The translations under genes and the position numbers were made by a program. Below are positions 45,303 to 54,196 of a stretch of 64,000 bases of DNA, piece by piece. The DNA comes from an uncultured Oscillospiraceae bacterium (GTDB taxonomy: Bacteria; Bacillota; Clostridia; Oscillospirales; Oscillospiraceae), in assembly GCA_902373635.1 (NCBI GenBank), contig CABKMV010000007.1, positions 2,020 to 66,019 on the forward strand, given 5' to 3'. Position 1 is the first letter of the stretch. The number at the start of each line of letters is the position of its first letter. The notes below the pieces were generated by a model, which saw only the letters and a list, made by a program, of their open reading frames with translations, did not search any database and had not been told where the DNA came from.

Positions 45303-46202
45303 ATGGATGCGATCCTCCCGCGGCTTCGGGTTGAAATTCGAAAGATATTCCGAACAGAAAACGACAGGCAGGCAAAGGTCTCTTCTATGACAGCCTACCG
45401 TTTTTCCGAAGCAAACATCTATATGCCGCAGACGGAAAATCTGTATTTATATCTTGTCCTTGATGGGGCGCTCCGGCTTTATACCCCCTCCGGGATCATG
45501 GACTACATGGCGGGCCAATACTCCATATCAAAAATAGACACGCCGCTGTACGGTACGATCCTGTCCTTTTCAGAGCAGAATGATTTTCTGGCGATCGCAT
45601 TGGAGTTGACGGGCAATGAGGTGATCACCGCCGTATTGGACTTAGACAGCACACTGACGGAAAGGATCATGAAGGGGGCGATCCCCGAGCAGGAAATGTC
45701 TTTTGCCGATCATGCCGTCATGGGATCCGTTTATCGGCTTCTCGTTACGATGCAAAAGCCGCTTGCCTCTGATTATATCCGCAGGAATATCATGCGTGAA
45801 GTGATCTACTATGTCCTTTGCGGTTCATGCGGAAAACAGTTTCTGCAGGCCATTACAAATATACAGAACATCGACGAGATCTACGAAGCGAATCGTTGGA
45901 TCAAAGAGCATTTCCGCAGTTCGTTCACCGTAGAAAGTTTGGCGGAACAGCAGAATATGAGCGTTTCGCTGTTTCATCAAAAGTTCAAGAGCGCAGTTGG
46001 AATGGGGCCCCTGCAATGCCAGAAGCGTTTGCGATTGACCGAAGCCAGAAGGCTGATGTTGGATGAAAGCCGGAATGTAACGGAGGCTTCCCTGGAGGTC
46101 GGATACGAGAGCGTGTCCCAGTTCATTCGGGATTACAGGAAAATGTTTGGAGCCGCACCGAAAGAAGACATTTCGCGCCTCAGGGGGCAGCTAAAGAAAT
46201 AG
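45303..46202 (+). CDS. AraC-family transcriptional regulator
   Basis: 299 aa. C-terminal double HTH (VESLAEQQNMSVSLFHQKFK..., EASLEVGYESVSQFIRDYRKMFG). AGAGGTGA SD. AT-richer codon usage than the flanks. Confidence 0.8.
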   Translation: MDAILPRLRVEIRKIFRTENDRQAKVSSMTAYRFSEANIYMPQTENLYLYLVLDGALRLYTPSGIMDYMAGQYSISKIDTPLYGTILSFSEQNDFLAIALELTGNEVITAVLDLDSTLTERIMKGAIPEQEMSFADHAVMGSVYRLLVTMQKPLASDYIRRNIMREVIYYVLCGSCGKQFLQAITNIQNIDEIYEANRWIKEHFRSSFTVESLAEQQNMSVSLFHQKFKSAVGMGPLQCQKRLRLTEARRLMLDESRNVTEASLEVGYESVSQFIRDYRKMFGAAPKEDISRLRGQLKK

Positions 46203-46310
46203 GCAATTTTTTCAGAGGAACAGGCAAGGAAAAGCCTGTTCCTTTTGTTATGATAAGGCACAGCAGGCACAGCGATTTTTCAAAAATGATCTGAAAGCGA
46301 GGTATCTACT

Positions 46311-46721
46311 ATGATATTGACAGACGAATTGTGCGACAAACTATGCGCCGCCGCAAAAGAGAAAAGCAGGGAGATGGGCGTTGACATCAGTTTTGCCATC
46401 AGCGATGAAAACGGGCTGCCGCGCGTTTACCGCAGATACGGCGAAGCACTGGTATTGAGCATTACGCTTGTCCCCGGCAAGGCTTATACAGCAGCCGTTA
46501 CCCAATGCAAAACAAAAGATGTTGCCGCAGCCGCCGCGGAGGGTGCTTCCCTCATGGCAATTCAGACAAACGACCCCCGCATTACGCTCGTAGCCGGCGG
46601 GTATCCGCTGTTTGCAGGTGGGAAAATCGCAGGCGGTATTGGCGTCGGCGGCGGGAGCGAGGCGCAGGATTGCGAGATCGCGGAGCATGTTGTTTCTGTA
46701 TTCAACGAAGCAGTCAAGTAA
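46311..46721 (+). CDS. GlcG/HbpS-family (DUF336) haem-binding-like protein
   Basis: 136 aa. GG.P......AGGIGVGGGS...D motif. Confidence 0.8.
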   Translation: MILTDELCDKLCAAAKEKSREMGVDISFAISDENGLPRVYRRYGEALVLSITLVPGKAYTAAVTQCKTKDVAAAAAEGASLMAIQTNDPRITLVAGGYPLFAGGKIAGGIGVGGGSEAQDCEIAEHVVSVFNEAVK

Positions 46722-46741
46722 ATACGCTCCACAGGGTGCAG

Positions 46742-46785
46742 AAAAAGCGGGTAAGAGAACTCTGCTCTCTTACCCGCTTTCTGTT
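46742..46785. terminator. bidirectional terminator between GlcG and the transglutaminase gene
   Basis: AAGCGGGTAAGAGA...TCTCTTACCCGCTT with flanking A/T runs. Confidence 0.75.
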
Positions 46786-46804
46786 GCAGCCTGTTGGCCA
46801 GCCG

Positions 46805-49285
46805 TTAAGTTTGTTCCTCATACTTCCCTGCCGGCGGTTGGCTTTCGAGCCGCCTCTTCTTCTGCAGCATGTTCAGGATACGCAGCAAGGTGTGGGCGGA
46901 ACGGATGTTGTAGTTTGCGCAGGCATAGACGCCTCTTCCAGCTCTATCCAACACCACGGCAAGGGGCAGCCGTGAGTCCCCCACACCCATGGCCTGCCGG
47001 ATCTGATAGCGCAGCTCCTCCACAGGCAGATAGCAGGCGGCACCGGGCAGCTCCTCCAGCACCCGGCGGAGCGTGGCGTTTTCCGCCTCTTCCGGGCAGG
47101 AAAGCAGGATGGAAAGCGGCCAGCCCCCCTCCCGGTACGCCTGCCGCAGCTCCAGGAGCTCCTGGAACAGGTGCTCTGTAGGCTCTGTCCCCGGCTGGGC
47201 AAAGATGAGGAGGCTTCCGGCTCTGGTGGGGGCTGTTAAGTCTTTTTTGACAGTCCCTGTAATGGGAAAACACATTACAGATGGGAGCTGGCTGCACAGC
47301 AGTTTTTCCGCCGTCTGGTCCGGCCCCAGGACAAGGGTAAGCACGCGGTCCTCCTTCAGGAGGAAGCGGGAGACCCGGACGCTGAGGCTGCCGTCGATCT
47401 GCCGTCGGGCGGTGGTCAGACGGTAAGAGCCCGGAGGCAGGAAAATATCCCAGTAGTCCCGGACCGTGTGTTCCAGCTCCAGCGTGCGGTAGTCCTCCCC
47501 CATCCAGCGGGCCAGGGAAAAGTGCTCCCGGTAAGTAAGGGGTCCTTCCTTCGCGTGAAGCTGGAGACGGACGCTCTTCCCTTCCGCGCCGGGGGTATAG
47601 GCCCCGCCCTCCCCCACCAGCTGGATCCGGCCAGTGTCATGATCGATCAGCGAGGGGATGCCGAGGGCCCGGCAGAGCTGCACCGCCACGATCTCCCACT
47701 CCGGCCTGGGACAGACGCCGTGACGGAGGTAGGCCGCCGCGTCTCCCCGCCTGTCTGTGGGTCCGTCTCCCTCCACCGGCCGCAGGTGCGCCCCCATCCA
47801 GGCGAGCACATCCTCTCCGGTTTTCAGCCCCTCCCCTGCAAGGCGGGACAGCAGTTCGCACCGGACAGGCAGCAACATCTCATGCTCCACGCGGGGTGCT
47901 AAAATCCAGTTTTCCCAGACCAGCTTCTTGTACCTTTCCTTCCACGGCAGAGCGGCGGCCAGGGCGTCCTCCAGCGTCTCGCTTGTGATGTCGGCAAAGT
48001 CTTTTTCGGACAGCGTGTTCAGCAGCGCCTCCTTGTCCTCCCGTTCAAACTCCTCCAGGGCAAGAAATCGCTCGATCTCCTCCCGGTTTCCGCGGGCCAG
48101 CCGGAGCCACCGGGACCCGTCACGGCAAAAGGTATCCTCATATGCCTTCCGCTCTTTCTCGCACCGGCCCAGGCGCTCCCGGTGGGCGGCGTCCTCCGCA
48201 TTCGGAGAGGGGATGCGCCCGCGAGGCGGGACGAGTTCCCAGCCCTCCGTTCTCTCCCCTGCCAGCGGGTCAAAGCCCGCCTCCCAGTCCAGCAGGACAT
48301 GCCTTTCCCGCCGGAGGTCGACGCGCCGCTCCACCAGCCGCCCCCTGAAAAAGGCGGAGACCACCAGATCCCCCAGTCCCGCCTCAAAGGTCACAGCCCC
48401 CGCCGAACCGGTGACAGCTTCGTAAATGGTGCAGAGCCGGCTGTCGTTCACCAGCTGGAACCGGACGGGGACGCCCGCCTGCGCCGCGCCTCCCGCCCGC
48501 ACCTGTACAGTCAGCAGGCAGGTGTCGGCGTAGCGGGCGGTGACATTTACCACAGCACAGCCCTCTTTCCCTTCGAAGTCCGGCGCGAGAGCCCGGACCA
48601 GCATGGCCCGGGAGGCGGCGGCGGTGAACCACCCCGCGTCCGGGACGGGTTCCGGCTCGCAGGCCCCCATATAGTGCCACTGCCCTCCAGCCCAGAACTC
48701 CACCCAGGCATGGTTGTCGTCGCAGTGGGCCCAGCGGGGGGCATAGACCTGCCGGGCCGGGATGCAGGATGCCCGGAGGGCCGCCACCGCCAGGGTGGAC
48801 TCCTCCCCGCATCGGCCCCGGGTCCTGCGGCACAGGCCCATGGGGCCGATGGTGCGGTCGTCCGTTGGCAGGTACGCGGCGTGCTCACAGCACCAGTAGT
48901 TGACCTCCAGGGCGGCGGACAGCATATCCTTCCCCCGGACACGGTCTGCGAGCTGGCCATAGAGCCAGCCCCGGCTGCCGTCCAGGTCCTCGTTGTTCAC
49001 CCTGGGCGGCAGGACATAGCTCACAAACAGCTCCTCCGGAATATCGACGGCGTACGCCAGCTCCCGGCGGGCCAGGATCGTGGCGCGGACATAGGCCAGC
49101 AGCCGTTCCGGCGGCGCTCCCGTCAGATCCTCTACGCCAAGTCCGGCATAGACCGCCCTCAGACAGCGCTGCTCCTCCCCGCTCAGCGCCGGCAGCAGAG
49201 CATCCAGTTCCTTCTCCAAAAGCGGATAGGGGGCGACAGCGGCGCGGAAGGCCCTCCCGATCCGCTCTTCCCAGGTTTCAAGCAT
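46805..49285 (-). CDS. large transglutaminase-fold protein (PNGase-like Cys-His core)
   Basis: 826 aa from MLETWEERIG. Core is TRGRCGEES...DDNHAWVEFW. Its start overlaps the cutC stop by 8 nt, with GGAGGGGAGGAG SD. Confidence 0.8.
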   Translation of the reverse strand: MLETWEERIGRAFRAAVAPYPLLEKELDALLPALSGEEQRCLRAVYAGLGVEDLTGAPPERLLAYVRATILARRELAYAVDIPEELFVSYVLPPRVNNEDLDGSRGWLYGQLADRVRGKDMLSAALEVNYWCCEHAAYLPTDDRTIGPMGLCRRTRGRCGEESTLAVAALRASCIPARQVYAPRWAHCDDNHAWVEFWAGGQWHYMGACEPEPVPDAGWFTAAASRAMLVRALAPDFEGKEGCAVVNVTARYADTCLLTVQVRAGGAAQAGVPVRFQLVNDSRLCTIYEAVTGSAGAVTFEAGLGDLVVSAFFRGRLVERRVDLRRERHVLLDWEAGFDPLAGERTEGWELVPPRGRIPSPNAEDAAHRERLGRCEKERKAYEDTFCRDGSRWLRLARGNREEIERFLALEEFEREDKEALLNTLSEKDFADITSETLEDALAAALPWKERYKKLVWENWILAPRVEHEMLLPVRCELLSRLAGEGLKTGEDVLAWMGAHLRPVEGDGPTDRRGDAAAYLRHGVCPRPEWEIVAVQLCRALGIPSLIDHDTGRIQLVGEGGAYTPGAEGKSVRLQLHAKEGPLTYREHFSLARWMGEDYRTLELEHTVRDYWDIFLPPGSYRLTTARRQIDGSLSVRVSRFLLKEDRVLTLVLGPDQTAEKLLCSQLPSVMCFPITGTVKKDLTAPTRAGSLLIFAQPGTEPTEHLFQELLELRQAYREGGWPLSILLSCPEEAENATLRRVLEELPGAACYLPVEELRYQIRQAMGVGDSRLPLAVVLDRAGRGVYACANYNIRSAHTLLRILNMLQKKRRLESQPPAGKYEEQT

Positions 49286-50042
49286 TGCCGCTCCTCCCCT
49301 CCTTAAGCGCCTCCGCCGCCTGGCGGATGGCCTTCTCATCCGTGCGCCAGATCTGGAACTCGCTGATACCGGGCAGGCCCATGGATACAGACTGATTCCG
49401 GAAGGTCATGCCGCTGTCCAGCACGACTTTTCCGGAGAGGTGGAATGCCCCGGCTTTTGGAAAACTTCGGCGGAAATCCCGGATCGTCTGGGCGCTGACG
49501 CCCCCGCCGATAAGGATATCCGCCTGGTCGTCGGCCCGCTCCAGCAGCTCGCCGATGCAGGCCCGCCCGGCCCAGGCGCTGGCCTGCTGGCCGGAGGTCA
49601 GGATGGTGTCCACTCCCAGGAAGACAGCCTCCTCCAGCGTCCGGGCCGGGTCCCGGCAAACGTCAAAGGCCCGGTGGAGCGTGATGCGGGCGTCCCCCGC
49701 GGCCCGGATCATGCCCTCCATTTTCTCCCTGTCCAGCGTGCCGTCGGGACAGAGCGCGCCGACGACGACAGCGTTGGCGCCCCGGGCGGCAAAGTCCCTG
49801 ATCTCCCGGCACATGACAGCATATTCCGCATCCGTATAGAGGAAATCGCCAAACCTGGGCCGGATCAGCACGTTCACCGGCAGATCAACCGCCTCCCTCA
49901 CCGCTTCAAAGAGGGCGGGAGAGGGCGTAGTCCCCCCGATGATCAGGTTGGCGCAGAGCTCCAGACGGGTAGCGCCGCCCCGGGCGGCGGCCAGGGCAGA
50001 CTCCACGGAATCCACGCAGGCTTCCAGAATATACTCCGCCAC
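49278..50042 (-). CDS. cutC: CutC-family protein
   Basis: 254 aa, GTG start. N-terminus LEACVDSVESALAA..GGA.R.ELC..L..GG.TPS is typical of CutC. Confidence 0.85.
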   Translation of the reverse strand: MAEYILEACVDSVESALAAARGGATRLELCANLIIGGTTPSPALFEAVREAVDLPVNVLIRPRFGDFLYTDAEYAVMCREIRDFAARGANAVVVGALCPDGTLDREKMEGMIRAAGDARITLHRAFDVCRDPARTLEEAVFLGVDTILTSGQQASAWAGRACIGELLERADDQADILIGGGVSAQTIRDFRRSFPKAGAFHLSGKVVLDSGMTFRNQSVSMGLPGISEFQIWRTDEKAIRQAAEALKEGRSGNA

Positions 50043-50138
50043 TTACCTTCCCCCCATCCCTACGGCTGCACGGCAAAAAACGATACCTTCCTCAGAGCAG
50101 GCGGCGGCCTGTCCCTTTTCCTCTTGGCAACTCCTCAT
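50043..50138 (-). CDS. 31-aa Cys-containing upstream micro-ORF (MRSCQEEKGQAAACSEEGIVFCRAAVGMGGR), hypothetical
   Basis: Hand translation. ATG 4-7 nt after AAAAGGAGAGG. Its TAA stop abuts the cutC GTG (TAAGTG), and the cutC SD lies inside it. Confidence 0.3.
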   Translation of the reverse strand: MRSCQEEKGQAAACSEEGIVFCRAAVGMGGR

Positions 50139-50171
50139 ATGTCCTCTCCTTTTGCAGCTTGGAACTGTCTT

Positions 50172-50199
50172 CTTAAGAGACAGTATAGCAGTCCGCCTG
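50172..50199 (-). promoter_or_regulatory. promoter for the micro-ORF / cutC / transglutaminase operon
   Basis: Minus strand TTGCAA, 16-nt spacer, TATACT, followed by the inverted repeat ACTGTCT-N7-AGACAGT at the predicted start site. Confidence 0.55.
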
Positions 50200-50477
50200 T
50201 GATTTGCAAGGCTCGATTTTCTCATGGGGCATATCCCGTTGTGTTTCAGTAAAAAATGATGATGCTGCAAGACTTGTTCACAATTATCTGCTAGGCTGGA
50301 CAAAAGATGATGGCTCCTCCTCCGCGGAGGGCCGGCGCCAGGGCCTGCTCCCTTTCCCCATTTTTGTCCTGCTGTCCGATTTTTTCACATCAAATTCCAT
50401 TTGCCCCTTCCCTTTTTCCTCTGTCTGTGGTTATATAGTTTTATCGCACTACCCCCCGATCAAAAAGGAGTATGGTT

Positions 50478-52202
50478 ATGAATCTTTCCACTGCAAGCCG
50501 CACCTTCCAGCTGCTCAGCCGCATCATGGATGTCCGTAGCGTCACCGAGCCATTCCTGCCTGCCCAGGAGGAAAAACCTCCTCTGCCTCTGCGGAATGCC
50601 CAGCAGGGCTTCCCCCGCACCTCCCCCGAGTCCCAGGGGATTCCCTCCTCCCATATCCAAAAGTTTCTGGAGGAGCTCGATCGGGGCGGCGACCTCTACA
50701 TGCAGGATGTGATGGTCCTGCGCAACGGCAAGGTCCTCTGCGAGGCGGCCTATGGCGCCCAGGACCTGCGGGCCCCAAAATATACCTTCTCCGCCTGCAA
50801 AAGCGTCACTTCCCTGGCCGTTGGCCTGCTGATCGACGACGGCGTCCTCTCGCTGGAGGATAAGGTCGCCGACCTCTTTGACGATCTCTGCACCCCCTCT
50901 ATCCGCCGGCGGCTGAAGGACATGACGCTGGAGGATCTGCTCACCATGCGCGCCGGCGTTCTCTTCAGCGAGGCGGAGGCCCTGACCGAGAACGACTGGC
51001 CCCGCCGCTTCCTCAACTCCGCCCTGAAAGGCGAGCCGGGCACGGAATTTCTCTACAACAGCCTGAACACCTATATGCTCTCGGTCATCGTCCGCCGCAA
51101 AGCCGGCAAAAGCATGACAGAGCTGCTGCAGGAGCGGCTGTTCACGCCCATGGGCATTACGGACATCTACTGGGAGCGCTGCCCCATGGGGACGGAAAAG
51201 GGCGGCTGGGGGCTCTATATCCGGCCGGAGGACATCGCCAAGCTGGGGCAGCTGGTGATGGATGAGGGGATGTGGAAGGGGCAGCGTCTCCTCTCCCAGG
51301 ACTATATCCGCCGCGCCACCTCCCCGCACGCCGTGCCGCCCCCCGCGCTGGGCGACTTCAACTATGGCTACCAGATCTGGGTGGGCCGGAAGGAGGACGC
51401 CTTTCTCTTCAACGGCATGCTGGGGCAAAACGTCCTCGGCTTCCGGGGCAGCAGGATCCTTATCGTCACCAATGCCGGCGCGGACACGGATTACCAGGAG
51501 AGCCGCTACTTTGAAATCGTCAGCCGCTACTTCGGCGGCGTGTTCCCCGACTCCCTGCCCGAGGATGAGGCCGGCCGCGCGGCCCTGGAGGAGGCGGTCA
51601 GAGGCTTCTCCTACTACTTCCGGACCCCCGCCAAGCTGGAGCAGAGCGCCCAGGCCTTCCTCCACCACACCTATGCGGCGGCGGACGACAGGGCCCCCTC
51701 TGCGGGCCTTATGCCCCTGACGCTCCAGGCCCTGCACAATAACTACTCCTCCGGCCTGGCCTCTGTGGCCGTCAGTGTCCGGGGCGGGCTTCCGGAGCTG
51801 ATCTACCGGGAGCGCGACGCCATCTACCGCTTCCCCGTGGGGCTGAACGCCCCCGCCGTATCCCAGCTGGATTTCCGGGGCAATACCTTCCGGGTGGCCG
51901 CCACCGGCCGGTTTACCCACGACGAGGAGGAACGTCCTGTCTTCTATATCCGCCTCGACTTCATGGAGACCCCCTGCGTGCGCATCCTGAAGCTGGTGCT
52001 GACAGAGGAGGGCCTTCTGCTGAAGCAGACGGAGACGCCCGGCGTGCCATACGTCTATGACAAGCTCCGCACCGCCGCGGAGCAGCCCCTCTACAAGCCG
52101 CTGCTGCTGGTGGCAGCCGGCGGCACGGACGACGACTACCTCCGCTTCAAGACATTGCAGATCCTGTCGCCCGAGCTGCGCATGGTGCGGGTCGACCAGT
52201 GA
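50478..52202 (+). CDS. serine hydrolase, beta-lactamase/esterase (class C-like) family
   Basis: 574 aa. S-x-x-K motif in FSACKSVTSLAVGLL. ATG at 50478 is 7 nt after AAAGGAG. Confidence 0.8.
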   Translation: MNLSTASRTFQLLSRIMDVRSVTEPFLPAQEEKPPLPLRNAQQGFPRTSPESQGIPSSHIQKFLEELDRGGDLYMQDVMVLRNGKVLCEAAYGAQDLRAPKYTFSACKSVTSLAVGLLIDDGVLSLEDKVADLFDDLCTPSIRRRLKDMTLEDLLTMRAGVLFSEAEALTENDWPRRFLNSALKGEPGTEFLYNSLNTYMLSVIVRRKAGKSMTELLQERLFTPMGITDIYWERCPMGTEKGGWGLYIRPEDIAKLGQLVMDEGMWKGQRLLSQDYIRRATSPHAVPPPALGDFNYGYQIWVGRKEDAFLFNGMLGQNVLGFRGSRILIVTNAGADTDYQESRYFEIVSRYFGGVFPDSLPEDEAGRAALEEAVRGFSYYFRTPAKLEQSAQAFLHHTYAAADDRAPSAGLMPLTLQALHNNYSSGLASVAVSVRGGLPELIYRERDAIYRFPVGLNAPAVSQLDFRGNTFRVAATGRFTHDEEERPVFYIRLDFMETPCVRILKLVLTEEGLLLKQTETPGVPYVYDKLRTAAEQPLYKPLLLVAAGGTDDDYLRFKTLQILSPELRMVRVDQ

Positions 52203-52246
52203 CCCCTCCGCCGTTCCCCGCTCTTCCCCGGCTGTATGCCGCACTG

Positions 52247-52286
52247 TGTCCGCTGCCGCCGCGCAGCGGACATTTTTTGTTTTTTT
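52247..52286 (+). terminator. intrinsic terminator after the serine hydrolase gene
   Basis: TGTCCGCTGC...GCAGCGGACA followed by TTTTTTGTTTTTTT. Confidence 0.85.
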
Positions 52287-52417
52287 CTAAAAATTTTTTC
52301 GAAAATTTACTGACAGATTATCGAAAAATTTTATATTTGTTGGCCCTATTTTGCAACTTTAACAAGAAAATGCCGCAATACCATGCACACAGTATGCCAA
52401 ACCAAACAAAAAATCCT

Positions 52418-52446
52418 GTTGACAACCCGCAATAAATATGTCAGAA
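52418..52446 (+). promoter_or_regulatory. promoter upstream of the second glycine riboswitch
   Basis: TTGACA, 17-nt spacer, TGtCAGAAT. Confidence 0.5.
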
Positions 52447-52459
52447 TGATAACAAAGTT

Positions 52460-52585
52460 CCGGTGAAGCGCTCAGGATCTGTACAGAGACCGTGCGCAGA
52501 GGAAGCTCTGGAGAAACTCATTTATGAGTGCCGAAGGTGCAAGGCCGTAAGACCGAATCTCTCAGGCAAAAAGACAGAGAACGCG
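52460..52585 (+). promoter_or_regulatory. glycine riboswitch, single complete aptamer (core 52506-52579)
   Basis: CTCTGGAGAA...GTGCCGAAGGTGCAAGG...AATCTCTCAGGCAAAAAGACAGAG. The upstream segment has only a partial CUCAGG-like remnant. Confidence 0.85.
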
Positions 52586-52684
52586 GTATGGTATGTGAAG
52601 CTGGGCATGCCCAGCTTCTCGTTCCCCCGGGGGAACGACACCCTTTGGGAGAAGGGGGGGATTTTCGCCCTCTTTTGCCCTGTG

Positions 52685-52739
52685 CCCTCTCCAGTGCTGC
52701 TGATTTCACCGCAGCTAAATTTAGGAGAGGGGTTTTTTT
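52685..52739 (+). terminator. terminator / SD-sequestering hairpin of the second glycine riboswitch
   Basis: CCCTCTCC (52685-52692) pairs with the SD GGAGAGGG (52724-52731). It is followed by T7 and then the ATG at 52740. Confidence 0.6.
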
Positions 52740-54128
52740 ATGCTCGAAATCGTACAAAAAATCAATGGGTACCTGTCTGACTATATCCTGGTCGTCCTGC
52801 TGATCGCCGTGGGGCTCTGGTACTCCATCAAGACCCGCTTTGTGCAGATCCGCTGCTTCGGCGAGGGGATGCGCAAGGTCTTTGGCAACCTGTCCCTGCG
52901 GGGCGGGAAGCAGGAGAGCGGCATGAGTTCCTTCCAGGCCCTTGCCACCGCCATTGCGGCCCAGGTGGGCACCGGCAATATCGTTGGCGCCTCCGGCGCC
53001 ATCCTCGTCGGCGGCCCCGGCGCTATCTTCTGGATGTGGGTGATCGCCTTCTTCGGAATGGCCACCATCTACGCTGAGGCCACCCTGGCCCAGAAGACCC
53101 GGGTCAAGGACGAGGACGGCCATATCCACGGCGGCCCCGTCTATTACATCACCACCGCCTTCAAGGGCGGCTTCGGCAAGTTCCTGGCCGGGTTCTTCGC
53201 CATCGCCATCATCCTGGCCCTGGGCTTCTTCGGCTGCATGGTCCAGTCCAACTCCATCGGCTCCACCTTCGAGACGGCCTTCGGCGTCCCCTCCTGGATC
53301 GTAGGCATCGTGCTGGTGCTGATCTGCGGCTTCATCTTCCTGGGCGGCGTGCAGCGCCTGGCCTCCGTCACGGAGAAGGTCGTCCCCATCATGGCGGCGC
53401 TGTTCCTGCTGGGCGGCCTGATCGTCCTCATTATCCGCATCAAGTACATCCCCGCCACCATCGCCATGATCTTCAAGTATGCCTTCAACCCCAGCGCCAT
53501 CATCGGCGGCGGCGTTGGCTACGCACTGAAGACCGCCCTGAGCCAGGGCGCCAAGCGCGGCCTGTTCTCCAATGAGGCCGGCATGGGCTCCACGCCTCAC
53601 GCCCACGCTCTCGCCAATGTGGCCGAGCCCCATGACCAGGGCTGCGTCGCCATGATCGGCGTGTTCATCGACACCTTCGTCGTCCTCACCCTGAACTCTC
53701 TGGTCATCATCTCCACCCTGTATACCGCCGACGGCCCTCTCGCCAACGGCTATACCGGCGCTGTCACAGAAACCATCAACAAGACCAATTTGGCCCAGAC
53801 CGCTTTTGGCGCTGTCTTCGGAGAGAGTGCCGGCGCCATGTTCGTGGCCATCGCCCTGTTCTTCTTCGCCTTCTCCACGATCCTGGGCTGGAACCTGTTC
53901 GGTAAGATCAACGCCTCCTGGCTCTTTGGCAAGAAGAGCACGATCATCTACAATATCATCGCCCTGGTGTTCGTCTTCCTGGGCACGCTGGCCTCCAATG
54001 ATCTGGTCTGGGAGCTCAGCGACATGTTCAACCAGCTGATGGTCATCCCCAACGCCATCGCCCTCTTTGCCCTGACCGGCCTGGTCCTCTCCATGACCAA
54101 GGGGATCGGTACCAAGGCCAAAAAGTAG
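52740..54128 (+). CDS. alanine/glycine:cation symporter (AGCS family), paralog 2
   Basis: 462 aa. GTGNIVGASGAILVGGPGAIFWMW and GLFSNEAGMGSTPHAHA motifs. Preceded by a glycine riboswitch. Confidence 0.88.
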   Translation: MLEIVQKINGYLSDYILVVLLIAVGLWYSIKTRFVQIRCFGEGMRKVFGNLSLRGGKQESGMSSFQALATAIAAQVGTGNIVGASGAILVGGPGAIFWMWVIAFFGMATIYAEATLAQKTRVKDEDGHIHGGPVYYITTAFKGGFGKFLAGFFAIAIILALGFFGCMVQSNSIGSTFETAFGVPSWIVGIVLVLICGFIFLGGVQRLASVTEKVVPIMAALFLLGGLIVLIIRIKYIPATIAMIFKYAFNPSAIIGGGVGYALKTALSQGAKRGLFSNEAGMGSTPHAHALANVAEPHDQGCVAMIGVFIDTFVVLTLNSLVIISTLYTADGPLANGYTGAVTETINKTNLAQTAFGAVFGESAGAMFVAIALFFFAFSTILGWNLFGKINASWLFGKKSTIIYNIIALVFVFLGTLASNDLVWELSDMFNQLMVIPNAIALFALTGLVLSMTKGIGTKAKK

Positions 54129-54144
54129 TCCTCCCCATTTTTTA

Positions 54145-54188
54145 GCGGGGTCAGCCTCTTACGCAAGGCTGGCCCCGCACTTTTTATT
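54145..54188. terminator. bidirectional terminator between AGCS paralog 2 and asnB
   Basis: GCGGGGTCAGCC...GGCTGGCCCCGC flanked by ATTTTTTA and ACTTTTTATT. Confidence 0.8.
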
Positions 54189-54196
54189 GTCTTCCG

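Noticed and set aside
52463-52803. ORFs 52463-52780 and 52528-52803 upstream of or overlapping AGCS paralog 2.
   Set aside because: They are laid over the glycine riboswitch and its expression platform, and they have no SD or protein-like composition.
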